A stretch of 64,000 bases of DNA, from NCBI RefSeq assembly GCF_006345805.1, contig NC_043002.1, positions 100,874,001 to 100,938,000 of the forward strand, given 5' to 3'. The notes below the pieces were generated by a model that was not told where the DNA came from, made no database searches, and worked only from the letters and a program-made list of their open reading frames with translations. Shown here in pieces: positions 29,172 to 42,113 of this stretch. Made by a program: the position numbers and the translations under genes. Source of the DNA: Octopus sinensis. Its lineage: Eukaryota. Within the stretch, counting starts at the first letter, position 1, and the number at the start of each line of letters is the position of its first letter.

Positions 29172-29419
29172 TATCGGTATACTTATTTATTCATTTTTGT
29201 ATATATATTATTATTATTTTTTTGAAAAAAACATTGTAAATTTCTTTTTTCCCCTTCCCCAATAAAAAAAAATTATTTTCCCCTTTCAAATCTTGAAAAT
29301 TTGCTTTGCGATAAAAACTGGTTTGATCTAATATTTTTTAAAAATTTTCCATACACACACCCATTTTTATTAAAATTTACTTTCAAGTTAGCATTCCGCC
29401 TTATTATAATTTTTCCTCT

Positions 29420-29453
<34 letters not shown>

Positions 29454-29824
29454 CTGCTCGCTCAACCAGCTGGGTGGCGTCATTTGAAGGCTAAAACTAT
29501 GCGAAGTGCATTGTGACCAACAATGTGTAGTAACATCTGATAGCCTGGTCGGTTACGGTGATCACGGTGATATATATATATATATATATTATGGAGATGC
29601 ACTTGCATAGTAAGTAACTCCTGATCTGAGATCCTGTGCTGAAACAAAAACAATTGCAGTATGGAGGGTGTTTAAAAGCCATTTCAAAAAAAAAAACAGA
29701 CAAAAACCGTTAGATTTACTTCAACATTTAAATTTAGTTTGCTAAAATATCTTCGACGCTTTGAGACCGCGAGCCGATCAATAACAAAATTACGTGCTGC
29801 ATCTGTTTATATATATATATATAT

Positions 29825-30556
29825 TTTTTTTTTCTCTAGTTTCAGCTCAGAGCTGTGGCCATGCTGATGCACCGCCGTTTTGCTACACAGTTATTACTAA
29901 GAGCCTCCTCTAATATGTGACATTTGGTGAAGCATGAAGTTTGATATAGCTACCCTCATTTGCACCTCTTGCCGTGAGGTAGGTTCATCCGGGACTCTTG
30001 ACAGGAAGAGGTCCAGCTTTGATTTAAAAAGCCCTACATCTACTTTGTGCAAGTTCCTCAGACTCTTTGAAGAATATTGAAAAGCTGTGGGTTCTTGAAA
30101 CCCAGGTTGTTGCAGTAACTGGTTCTGAAGCGTGATGGCATTGCTGGGACCTTTGGCACTATGCAGTGTCGTCCCGTTCTGGCATTGGTGTAGCTTTCAA
30201 TGCCAAAATTTGGCACAATTCCTTCCAGGATCTTCCAGATGTATATTACTGCATACCTCTCCCGTCTTCTCTTCGGGGAGTAGAGTCTTAACTGTTTCAA
30301 CCTTTCCCAGTAGCTGAGCTGTTGCAAAGAGACGGTATTCTTTGTGAATCTTCTCTGGATTGCTCCAAGGTCTGCTGTTAATTTCACACTGGTGGATGGG
30401 CATAGCTGTGAGCAGTAATCCAGGCGACTGAGGATGAATGTCCGCCAGAGGACCATCATGGTTTTCATATCTCTGGTTCTGAATGTTCTTAGGATCCGCC
30501 CATAGCCAGTCGCCATCCTGGTAATGTACGCTTGGAAAGAGGCATCATCACTCATG

Positions 30557-30563
<7 letters not shown>
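29825..30563 (-). mobile_element. CR1-clade LINE 3' fragment
   Basis: ORF 30058-30555: [16 protein letters not shown]...[20 protein letters not shown]; same family as 12.75-13.9 kb. Confidence 0.85.
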
Positions 30564-30835
<272 letters not shown>

Positions 30836-30865
30836 CGACATGAGTGATGATGCCTCTTTCCATTT

Positions 30866-32695
30866 ATGTCAGGTCACTTTCGAGTGCTATTGGTAACAAC
30901 CTGTTGCATGGTCGGGCCGTCGGCGACTAAACCGGCAACCCCACCAAGCTTGCTTGGTGAAGAGGGTGCTTATTGGACACCCTGCGGGATGGAAAACAAA
31001 GCCCGTCAAAGGGCGGAGGAACTCTTGAGAGTCAATGGCCATCCAATAAATACGTAATCATATGTTTACTGTATATCTGCCTTTTTCTGACTAATTTTTA
31101 TATATTGTATATTTTTATAGCTTGCTCATTATATAAATTCTATATATACTTCACATCATATATTTTATGTATATTTTGTATTTCAATGTTCTTTTTCTTC
31201 TCCTTATATCAATTTTATCCAGATTAAGGCTGTATCATGCGCGGGGACAGAAATAATCGGATTGAATACCCGATCGCGCGGTTAAACCATTGGGAGTGAA
31301 GGACTCCTAGCCTTTGTTAGGGTATCCTTCTAGAAGAAGGTAACTCAGGTAACTGGGATAACTCCGACATAAAACCTGCAACTCAGTGGTTACCGATGAC
31401 GTTGACTTGTTCTTCTTTCCGGATTATGGCTGCTGTTGCTTGGTGAGTGGGATTGACTCAGTGCACAGCCTTTCTTCACTTTAAAAAAATCTTCTTGCAC
31501 AGGCATTGCACGATAACGACGTTGATTGATTGATTAAATTGATTAACAAATTCATGATTGTTGATAGTGCTGTGAGTCTCAACTGAATGGCTGGCTGTAG
31601 CCTTAAAAAGCAAATGATGTACCAAACAGTATATAAATAAATGGCAGTTAGGACTCTGGAACCATATCAGATGAAGGAGTCTGGCCCGGCAGGGGCTCCA
31701 GAGCATCACAGTTTGAACCCGGCCGTCATCATGCTACTGTGATAGAACCAAATGAAATATTGAATATTGGCTGCTGGAATGTACGGATACTGCTTGACCG
31801 CAAGTCCTCTGAATGTCCCGAACGAAGGACTGCCCTTGTTGCGAAGGAGCTTCAACGCTATGATCTTGACGGCGTTGCTTTATCTGAAACGAGATTAGCC
31901 GGAGATGGTCATCTTACAGAATCTTGTGAAAAATATACATTCTTTTGGAAAGGGAGGAATGAAGAGTTTAGAGGAGAGGCTGGAGTGGCATTTGCTGTTA
32001 AGACTACTCTTGTGGACAAGTTGGAAGAATTCCCAGTCGGAATTAACGAGCGTCCATGAGAATTCCTTTGGTTAAAGGAAATTATGTGACCTTGGTGAGT
32101 GTGTATGCTCCAACTATGTGCTATACTGATGACGATAAAAATTTCTTTCTACCATGCTTTGAAGGGCATTATAAGAAATATCCCTCGGGCAGACAAAGTC
32201 ATCGTACTGGGTGACTTTAATGGTAGAGTGGGTAGGGATTTTAACACATGGACTGTAATTGGAAAGTACGGGGTGGGAAAGTGTAATAGTAATGGCATGC
32301 TTTTGCTGCGGAAGTGTGAGGAGCTGCGTCTAGGTGTTACCAATACCATGCTTCAGCAAAAGAATAAATTCAAGACCACATGGCATATTCCGGATTACAG
32401 GTGCGTGACAGGCAGGATGTGCAGTGTGTTCGTGTTCTTCGTGGAGCTGAGTGTTGGACTGACTACCGCCTAGTACGTACAAAAGTGAAATTAGTCACAA
32501 AACATAAAATCCGAGCTGCAGGGATTACCCTGCCTAAAAGACTGAGTGTTGATCGTCTCAGGTGTAATAGTGTGAAGAGAACTTTACGAGAGGAAATGAA
32601 TGCTGCAGATATTGGGGAGGATTGGCTGACCCTTAAAAAGTCCGTTTATGATATAGGCAAGAAAGTTCTGGGATTGATACAAAGAAAGCATAGAT
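30866..32695 (+). mobile_element. RTE-BovB-like LINE 5' part (5'UTR plus AP endonuclease), 3'-truncated
   Basis: LNIGCWNVRILLD...PERRTALVAKELQRYDLDGVALSETRL, IVLGDFNGRVG, GVGKCNSNG. Confidence 0.9.
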
Positions 32696-33015
32696 AGATA
32701 GATTATACGTAGATGGATGGATACTTACATGTATAGATATAAACGAACACAGACATATATTCACACACAGAAACAGAAAGTACAATTAGTCTAGATTTCG
32801 ACTTTATATCTTTTTTCTTTACCAAAAGAATCAAATGAACACATTGACAGATATCTTTATATTAGACACGTTTCCGATTTTATGTTCTATAAGAAAACAT
32901 TGACGAACAAATTCAGTTTTTAAAATCACATCTGAGTTATATTGCAAAACAAACATTTAGATATTTCATAGAAATTCCATTAAAAAAAATAAGATACTTT
33001 TAGAAGTTCACTTAC

Positions 33016-33056
33016 GTATACGAAAAGGACAATGCTGAGAAGAAATATAAAAGAAT
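33016..33056 (-). other. Putative non-coding exon 1 of gene A
   Basis: 41 nt from the initiator A to a GTAAGT donor at 33015-33010; contains no ATG. Confidence 0.6.
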
Positions 33057-33085
33057 GAAGAATGCGAAAGCGATGAGTATTTATA
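33053..33085 (-). promoter_or_regulatory. TATA box (TATAAATA, 33085-33078) and initiator (TCATTC, 33058-33053) of gene A
   Basis: First T of the TATA box lies 29 nt upstream of the initiator A; upstream 33160-33430 is paralogous to 47745-48020, 5' of gene B. Confidence 0.65.
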
Positions 33086-33429
33086 AGTGAATTTAACACC
33101 TCCAACACTAGTAAACAGCTGGTGACAATATATTTCAGTCCCAAACATGAATTTGATATTAATGACATTTCATAAAACACTTGCTGAGAACTAAAGATAT
33201 TTTATGGCTCGTAGAGAAGTGCAAACAGCGGTGTCTTCTACTACATCTGAACTTAATAATCTAACTAAAAAAAAGTTGCTTCGATCGAAGCGATAGAATA
33301 GATAATATCCAAGAGAGATCAATCGACAGATAGATACATATGCGCATATAGAGCTACGTCAGGTTTTTGACGATCCACGTTTCAAGAGTTTTAATTGTCT
33401 TGCCAATTCAGTTTCTAAAACCTCACATT

Positions 33430-33830
33430 TCAAATAAGTAATGTCAGACACAAGGATGTCTCAGCAAGGAGATAGTTTATCTCCTTTTCTTTTTTGCACC
33501 TTGCATGAATCCTGTGATTTGGTGACGAGGAAAGTGAACCATGGATATCAGTTAAAGAGGAAAACATAGAGAGTCAACCATCTCCTTTTCATTGATGATT
33601 TTATGTAGTATGGAAAGGATGAAGTACAAGCGAGGTCTTTGGTAAACATGGTTCACGGATATTACGATGGAATTCGGAATCTCGAAGTGTGATATATTGA
33701 GCCTGGAAGGAAGCAAGGTGAAGTCCTTAGCAGGGATAGGTTTACAAAACTGAGAAATAATGGATCAAATTAGATAGGAAATCTATAAGCACCATGGAAT
33801 ACGAGAGTTTATTGAGACATAGAGCAGGAA
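33430..33830 (+). mobile_element. Dong/R4-type RT fragment
   Basis: QGDSLSP, GYQL and RVNHLLFIDD motifs. Confidence 0.65.
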
Positions 33831-34299
33831 ATGGGTTGGGTAGTATCTCGTAGACATTGTGGGACAGCTGCACTGGTATAGGTGAGCCGATATTTTCTGT
33901 CTCAGCATGAGATTTTGGTATTAATTTTGTGTTTCTTTCTGTAATGAGGTATTTAATAGCTCTCTCCTGTTCTTCGTTAGCACAAAAATATATCTTCCTA
34001 GGTGAGATGTAATGTATCTATGACAGGTGAAAATGAGGCTGTCTTTCCTGCCAATACTCTTCTTATCCTCTACCTTACAGGATATATACCCATGCATCTA
34101 ATTTTGGTGGTATGCTTCCTGCCCCCCCCCCCCCCCGCCAAGCTTGTGCTTAGGTTAATCCAGTTTTCGTTGGTTAGGATGTGTTGTATCTTCAGGGTAC
34201 TCTCGCAGTTGTTCTCGAACTCTGAATATGTTGTTGCTCTCATTTACAGTATTCATGGAATGTACACATTCCTTTCTTCACACACACACACACACACAT

Positions 34300-34393
<94 letters not shown>

Positions 34394-34419
34394 AGGCGCA
34401 GGAGTGGCTATGTGTTGTG

Positions 34420-35130
34420 TTTGGCACTGAAGCGGTGAGACATACTTTTGAAGCCGTCTCGAAATGAAAAATTTGAAGCTCTATTGTAAGGTACGGTTCT
34501 GCCCTTTGGGTCCAATGGAATTTTTGTTGAGAATTTTTTTGTACAGGCAAACCAGGAAGTCCTACTGGCTTCAGAATTCTGGTTGTGCCTGACTGGAGCG
34601 AATATTTTTTTCCTCGCTTAATTGTGAGAATTTTGTTTGTGGGCGTATTCGTCTTCCTAGTTAACGGCTTATGTTGAGTGACTATTTTTCTCACTTAATT
34701 ATGAGAATTGTTGCTTGGAGGAGAATCGTGCCTACTAAAAATTTGTTCATTTTTGAAGAATTTCAAAATAATTGTGAGAACTGTTGTTTGGGGGAGCGTC
34801 TTTACCTCCGAAGATTGAACAATTTTTCTTCCGCCTTTATTGAAGACGTGTAGTTGGTCGACGTCAGGGTGAGCGATTTCTTTTTCTGAGCTGGGTAGAA
34901 TTATTGCCTTATTTTTATTGCAGTATATTCTGCCCTGCTCTGGGGCAATTTCGCTTACTTTTAGCAGTGAATTTGTTGCTTGTTTTGCAAGCAAAGCGTG
35001 TGTGGCTTGTTGCCGGTGAACTTGTTTGAACAGCCGGAGAAGCAAGCCGTAATTTTTTAAAGTAAATTGGTGATTTTCTACAGTGGAGAAAAATTGAAGA
35101 AGAATTATTGTTGTTTTCAAACCAACTAAG
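34420..35130 (-). mobile_element. Degenerate Penelope-like GIY-YIG/3' region
   Basis: Remote resemblance to the Penelope C-terminal C.LC..EK..I region; heavily decayed. Confidence 0.4.
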
Positions 35131-35749
35131 AGGTTTCGAAAATTACGGATTTTTTTTTTGCTTAGTTACAAGCAAAGAACTGGATTTTACCATCAAACTG
35201 AGAGCTGCAAAGGAGTCGGGATCGAATAGGGCTGGTGTACCATTGTGGCCTGAATTTTGTTTTCTGCCTGGTACTATATATTTTTATTTACTCTTTATGA
35301 ACTATTTAGAAAGACATTCAACTATTTAAATTATTAATTATATTCTTTTATTAATTATTTTGTAATAAAGTTAATTCATATCAAAATGTTTAATATCATG
35401 AGTAAGTAATTAATTATAGTGATGTAATGTATCTAAGCTTCGATTAAGCATAACTTAGAATGCTTATTCTTTAGTAATCTACCGAGATCACCAAGAGTTT
35501 AATCGTAATTAACAAAGCCGCAACAACAGTTACATTATTATTTTTTAAATCCATATTTTGTAATAAATCACAGTACTAAAGTGTAGTGATAAATTTGAAA
35601 ATAGTGTTTAAATATTTTTAAAATGTAACATCGAGGTTCGTAGATGGAGCTCAGCTTATACATGGGAGTATTCTACTGCATTTCCTTACTACAGCTGAAT
35701 ACTTTTTAGCGTTAAATAACGACTTTTAAATGTCATCTTCTGAGAGCTC

Positions 35750-37110
35750 AATTAATTCCAGCTGCAACTCCTTAGAAGCCTTGCAGACATCGTTGAAATA
35801 TTTCAGTGAAATATCATGGTCCTGAAATGAGTGATCCTTTCACAGTATTCTTCAATTAAAAATTCCAGAACATCTGCATATTCATTAACGGATTCATATG
35901 GATTTTCATGGTTATAAATGACCTTAGCTACCTGGGGAAAGTGTACGTTTCAAATTTCATTTTGAAAGAGATCTTTAAAAACAAAGCTTTTTTCCGAAAT
36001 ACTTCAAGTTCTTGCCACATGCCATGAACTGATGTTGCCTTTCTGTGCAAATAAATATTCAAGTCATTTTGTTTTGATAGGATATCACAAAGAAATGCAG
36101 TATTTCCATAGAAATCTTCATATAATAATTCACATTGTTCATTCTGTTCTTCATGAAATGTCATTATCTGCCCGCGTAAAGTTAAAACATTTTCCAACAC
36201 ATGTCTTTATGATAGCCAGTATACTTTACAATGATAAATCAAATCCACACTGAATAACTCGTCCAACCGCAGCATGTTACGGAACTCACGATGCATTGTC
36301 GCATTGGCAAGAAATATAGTTAACAATGTTTATGACTTTCTACAGTCATAAAGTGGTCGATTTCGCACAAAGGCTTTTGCTTTTGCAATATACGATGAAA
36401 AAAACATGAGAACATCTGGATCTGAAGGGACTTCTTTTTAACTGGACAATAAATCCTTCGCGTTTTCCAGTGATCGATGGAGGACTGTCAGTACATACGC
36501 TAGCTAAAATATCCAAACTCAACACAACTTCTCGGCATATATTTTTAAAGTTTATGAAGATATTTATTCCCCGTGTTCCACAGCCAGTAATTCTTCGTAC
36601 TAAATGAAATCTTCTGTTACGGCATGAATAAAATATAAAACATAAGCCGAATCTGTAGTATCAATTGATCTAAAGCGACTGAATAATATACATTTTCTAT
36701 CTGAAGTATATAACGAAGTTGTTCTGTTACATTTAGGGCCAATTCCTGCAGCCGATCTGTTATGGCTCTCCTTGAAAGAGATAATTGTTTGTACTTCGAA
36801 CCCTTATTGGGGTCTAAGCATCCTATGACTTCAACGATACATTCTTTCACAATTTCCACCTCCCTGAAAACCTTACCTTTTTATTCTTATGATACAAGCA
36901 ACTTTATGAGTTGCTTCCATTAAATTATTTGCAGATTTCTCTACAGTCTGAAATAGCTATCTTTGCTTTTATCTTTCATTTTTTAAATTATTGCAGAGGA
37001 AACATTCGTGCCCGTCCCTCTAAATTGAAATAGTCTTATACTGCGTTAAACTTTATTGTCGTAATCGCAGCATCAAAAAGCAAACAAATCATTTTGTCTT
37101 TCGAATTCAC
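35750..37110 (-). mobile_element. Degenerate hAT (Charlie/SPIN-like) transposase
   Basis: EIVKECIVEV...LSLSRRAITDRL..YYSVALD and AFLCDILSKQNDLN motifs; aligns to 1-1030. Confidence 0.85.
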
Positions 37111-37299
37111 GAAGTAATACCTCAGTTCCCAATACTCATTATAGATGCACCACCTACAAAAATCAGCATTGCTTCGAACTGCATGAGTTCTCTGATCAAT
37201 AAAACCGTGATATCTCTAGCTATGATCAGCGGACATTTTCCATAAGATCCAGCAAAATATGTTGAGAATTTTCGCCATGTATTAATAACCATACGAAGA

Positions 37300-37510
37300 A
37301 GAATGGGGTGAAGGAGAAGTGGAAGTAGAGGAAGATGAAGACGAAGAAGAAGAAGTGAAAGATGAAGAAAAGCAAGAAGAGGAAAAGAAGACGATGAAGA
37401 AGAATAAGAATAAGAATAAGAACAACAACAACAACAACAAGACAAGAAGATGGAGAAAAAGAGGAAGAAGGAGGAAAAGAAGAATAAGAAGACGAAGAAG
37501 AAGAAGAATA
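37300..37510. repeat. (GAA)n/(AAC)n purine-rich low-complexity tract
   Basis: Seen directly. Confidence 0.9.
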
Positions 37511-37870
37511 TATATATATATATAAATCATTAAGGATTTTTACAACGTGGTTAGAGCGGAAATAAAAACCTCATAGTTAAATTTTCAAAATATTTTATAA
37601 TTATATATACACTATTATATAAAAGAGCTTGGTTTGCGCCTCACCACGCACTGTAAAAGAAACGTCAAAAGACATTATTACCACCATAAATTCTCCGAGA
37701 ATAACACAACACATAATGGGCTAGTATGGATAAACGTATACTTTTGCGTATGTTTGCATGTGTATATACATGCATACATACAGACACACAAACACACACA
37801 CACACACACACACATATACCTATATGTATATATATATATATGTATATATGCATATATATATATATATGTG

Positions 37871-37964
<94 letters not shown>

Positions 37965-38499
37965 CTCAGGAGTGGCTGTGTGGTAAGTAGCTTGCTTACT
38001 TCCCATGAGTCTATGTTGTCAGTGTACGCATGCGTCATTGTGTTGCGCACCGAAGAAGATAGCTGGCTGTGTTTACCCAGCGAAAAGTTGCTGCTGCAAG
38101 GTAAGACTTTTTGTCTCTTGGGTCCAGTGTGTGTTGTTGTCTGTGGTTATACTTTTTATAAACAATATTGTTCATATTAAGTGAAAAAATGTTTTTCTCA
38201 TTGTGAGAAGTAGAGTTTGGGGGCATATCCTGCCACCAAAAGTGGTTACGTTTTTGTTAATAATATGTGCTTTTACAACAACGTTTACCAACAATTGGAA
38301 AGCTGTATTTCAAATGGGGCAGTCCAGGTTCTGAATGCCCAGAATACTTTTTTGCTGTGTTTTGTTGAACTGTTGTTTTCTTCTTCCCTTGTGACTCTCT
38401 TTATTGAACTGTTTGCTTTTTCTCGTCTTCCCTTTTGTTTCCTTTTGCTTTATCCCTTTTCTTTGTGAAATTTGTGAACTATTGTTTTGCACATTTTAC

Positions 38500-39900
38500 T
38501 TTTTAATTTAAAACATGGCAAAAAATACGGGTGAGATTGTAGAATGGGGAACTGTCCCGCCTAAGGAGTGGCTCAGACAGCAAGAGGGGAGAACGGTGCT
38601 GTTGAGAACATATACAAAGACTCTCGACACCATTGCCGTCTACTCTAAGCAGCTGATTGAGCAGGAGTTGGCGGAACATCTGCCAACCATTAAGTATATC
38701 TCTAGAGGTGTCAAATATGCAACTTTGTGGTTGCTATTTGACAATCCAGAGGAGGCTCGCATTTTGCGAGCCAGACCTTAGAGGGTAGAGAAATTTTGTC
38801 TCTTCCCACTTATTGTGGGAAAGAATTGACGAGGGCTTGGGTCAGTGGTTTGCCACCCGGAAATGAACCCGAGTAGATATAGGATACTATCCGTCGGGGT
38901 CTGGGTGGCAGCGGAGCCAGGTTCCTCAATGTGAAAATTCTTCCTGCGGCTTATTGGGTTGGGTCAAAAGCTGTTTTGACCCTGTGGACCCAATCAGCCA
39001 TGAATCTGGTTATGCCAGACATTTCGAAAATGATCAGGGTGCAGGTACCCGGTGATTCTTGAGGTTTTCCCACCACCCAGGCGTCATCGGTGCCTGGAGC
39101 CTGGCCATATAAAGAAAAACTCCCCTCGGGAACAAAGCAAAGTCCTGGAGCAGTTGATTGAGACCTTTGTAGAAGAAGGAACGAAGGCAGCCGAAGAGGC
39201 TGAGACTCCTCATAGAAGGGCTGCAAGAGGAAGAAGATGAGCAACAAAGGGGGCTCACCGAAGGATCCTAGGGATGAGGGAGGGGAGTCGAATCTTCCGG
39301 TCACGGAGGAGATGCATTCTCCCTTAGTTGAGAAGACAAAAAAGAGGAAAAGAAACGGGGCATTGCTGGTAGTCGGTGACATAGCACCAGAATGTCCCGG
39401 AACCTTTCCGGTAGGTGTTCTGTCACAAGCAGGGGAAGAGACACAATTAGGGGGAATTGTGCCGCCAACGGTAGAATTGGCTACCTCGAACCCGGAGGAA
39501 GACAAACTATTGGTCTTCTTCTGTAGAAGCGGAGATATAGAAGAGGTGGTGGAAAAGCACCATATGGGAGTACCTTTAAACTTCACACAGGATCCCGAAT
39601 GGTCTCCTTCAGATAGGTGAAGAGGTCATAACGTTGCCCATAATGCTTAGGCTGCAGGGACTCAATGAGGAATATCGCTTGTGGCCGGGTGACACCGACT
39701 CGGATCCCGCCTTGGTCTTGAATGAGGAGTGGATGATGGCGGAGAATATGGGCACAAGGGATGTTGGGAAGGTTGAAAAGCTTCAGTGTTATAATATTTA
39801 TTGTATAACGTTTAATGTTTACTGTATTGTGTTTAAGAGGCTTAACGCCCCAATTTTTAAATGGATTATTAGTCCAATAACTGTAAAACTGAAGTAAGAG
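38500..39900 (+). mobile_element. L1/Tx1-like ORF1 (gag-like) relic
   Basis: Interrupted ORFs with a CCHC-knuckle-like HRCLEPGHIKKNSP and a K/E-rich tail; GC-richer than the flanks. Confidence 0.5.
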
Positions 39901-40094
39901 GTTCAATACCTCGTTTTGTGTTTCTTCTGTGAAAAAATAAAGAAAAGAAGGGAATAATATTTTAGAGAAGCAAAATATCGGTGGACGTTTTTATCTTCTC
40001 CCATTAATATCATCCTTTTTTCATCATTCACCTCATCAATGTTTTTGTCCAGCCCGCAACCTACTCTGTGTCATGGCTTTATGGCAAAATTTTT

Positions 40095-40480
40095 GAAATG
40101 AAGTAGCTTGCTTACCACCACATGGTTCCGGGTTCAGTCCCACTGCGTGGCACCTTGGGCAAGTGTCTTCTACTATAGCCTCCGGCTGATCAAATCCTTG
40201 TGAGTGGATTTGGTAGACGGAAACTGAAAGAACACACACACACACACACACATATATATATGTATTTGTGTGTATATATTTGTTCGTCTGTGCTTGTCCC
40301 TCCAACATCGCATGACAACCGATGCTGGTGTGTTTACATCCCCGTAACTTAGAGGATCGGCAAAAAGAGATCGATAGAATAAGAACTAGGCTTACAACGA
40401 ATAAGTCCTGCGGTCGATTTGCTCGACTAAAAAGGCGGCGCTCCAGCATGGCCGCAGTCAAATGACTGAAACATGTAAAA
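40095..40480 (+). mobile_element. tRNA-derived SINE (family 2), with internal (CA)n
   Basis: GTAGCTTGCTTACC..GGTTCAGTCCCACTGCGTGGCACCTTGGGCAAGTGTC head and GCTCCAGCATGGCCGCAG tail; head fragments at 34395 and 37962. Confidence 0.75.
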
Positions 40481-41086
40481 TAATATACACACACTTTATA
40501 TAATTATGGTTCTGCAAAAAATATTTGCTTTACCACATACCGAAATTTTAGAAATAGCAGCCAAAAAATTTAGCTATTTCTTCTACTATAAGAAGAGTCT
40601 CCCAGACAACGTATACTCAAAAACAATTCACGTAGGCATAGAGGGAAAAATAACGAAAGTTCACTCGAAATTAGATTACTTGTGAACGCGTTTCTGGGTT
40701 AGTCAGATATAGAGATGCTAGAAATACATCCCTATTCTAACATTCCCGTCATCAGCACAGAAATTTCATTAAATTTAAATTTGAGAGCACTAAAAATCGA
40801 ACATACTAATCTGATTTGAGTAACCTCAGACAAACCATCTTCGACATCCAGTACTAACGAATTCAAAACATACGAATGAGGCTACGCATCTTCCCCTGTT
40901 CACCCACGTGAGTGATAGACCAACAAATTCCTACAGAAGAATCTGTAGTTTATTATCAGGGAGAGAATTATATTGTCAATATAATTAATTAATTAATTAA
41001 TTAAAGATCCTTGGATCTTCCATTTGTATATATGTATGTGGGTGTATATATACATGTATATCTATATCTATACCTATATCTATATT

Positions 41087-41183
<97 letters not shown>

Positions 41184-41189
41184 ATAGAT

Positions 41190-41745
41190 AGACGCTCGAG
41201 AAATTTCACCAACGCTGTCTTCGGAAGATCCTCAACATCAGCTGGGAAGACAGAAGAACTAACGTCAGCGTGCTACAAGAAGCAAAAATGACCAGCATCG
41301 AAGCCTATGTCATGAAAGGCCAACTAAGATGGAGCGGCCACGTGGTTAGAATGACTGACGAACGACTTCCCAAACAGATCTTGTACGGCAAGCGTACAAA
41401 AGGAGGCCAGGAGAAACGCTACAAGGACTCCCTGAAATCGAACCTCAAAAAGTGTGACATTGACTTCACCAACTGAGGAGAAAACGGCAAAAACAGACCA
41501 CTCTGGAAAACCACCATCCATGAGGGAACGGCGAATTTCGAGTCGAAAAGGTCTGCAGAGCTGGAGGAGAAAAGACGACGACGGAAGGAGCGCCAACAAC
41601 AACCACGTGCGACTCTCCCTTCCGGCACTAGGTGTCCGCACTGTGACCGATCTTTTCGAGCAAGAATTGGTCTTATCAGTCACCTGCGGACTCACCAATA
41701 AATTTGCGCGAAGACCATCATCCTCGACCTTGAGGGATTGCCATA
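41190..41745 (+). mobile_element. RTE-BovB-like LINE 3' end
   Basis: QLRWSGHVVRMTDERLPKQILYG..GGQEKRYKDSLK and terminal CPHCDRSFRARIGLISHLRTH. Confidence 0.9.
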
Positions 41746-41748
41746 GTA

Positions 41749-41818
<70 letters not shown>

Positions 41819-41845
41819 GAAAAAAGCAACAAGAATGGATTAAAA

Positions 41846-41934
41846 TCTCGGTACGATCGTTTCGTACGAGGACATCTTTAATAAGCTACAAAAAATGCAG
41901 TGAATACAGATGGCTCGTACTCGTCAGCCGAAAA
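41846..41934 (-). ncRNA. Type I hammerhead ribozyme (mirror copy)
   Basis: Reverse complement of the plus-strand copy; core TCGTCAG at 41921-41927 on plus. Confidence 0.85.
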
Positions 41935-42024
41935 AACATCAGAGAATTCCCAAACATCAAAAGGGGTAGATACAAAAGAGGTTTTGTATCTACCCCTTTT
42001 GATGTTTGGGAATTCTCTGATGTT

Positions 42025-42113
42025 TTTTCGGCTGACGAGTACGAGCCATCTGTATTCACTGCATTTTTTGTAGCTTATTAAAGATGTCCTCGTACGAAAC
42101 GATCGTACCGAGA
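42025..42113 (+). ncRNA. Type I hammerhead ribozyme
   Basis: Stem I TTTCGG/CCGAGA; CTGACGA 42032-42038; stem II GTACGAG/CTCGTAC; GAAA 42096-42099; palindromic stem III ACGATCGT; GUA cleavage triplet. Confidence 0.85.

Noticed and set aside
32980-33180. Hydrophobic ORF segment (RFRILHSFIFLLSIVLFVY) as the signal peptide
   Set aside because: No ATG after the TATA box and initiator, and the donor phase (0) does not fit exon 3; a better signal exon exists at 28322-28397
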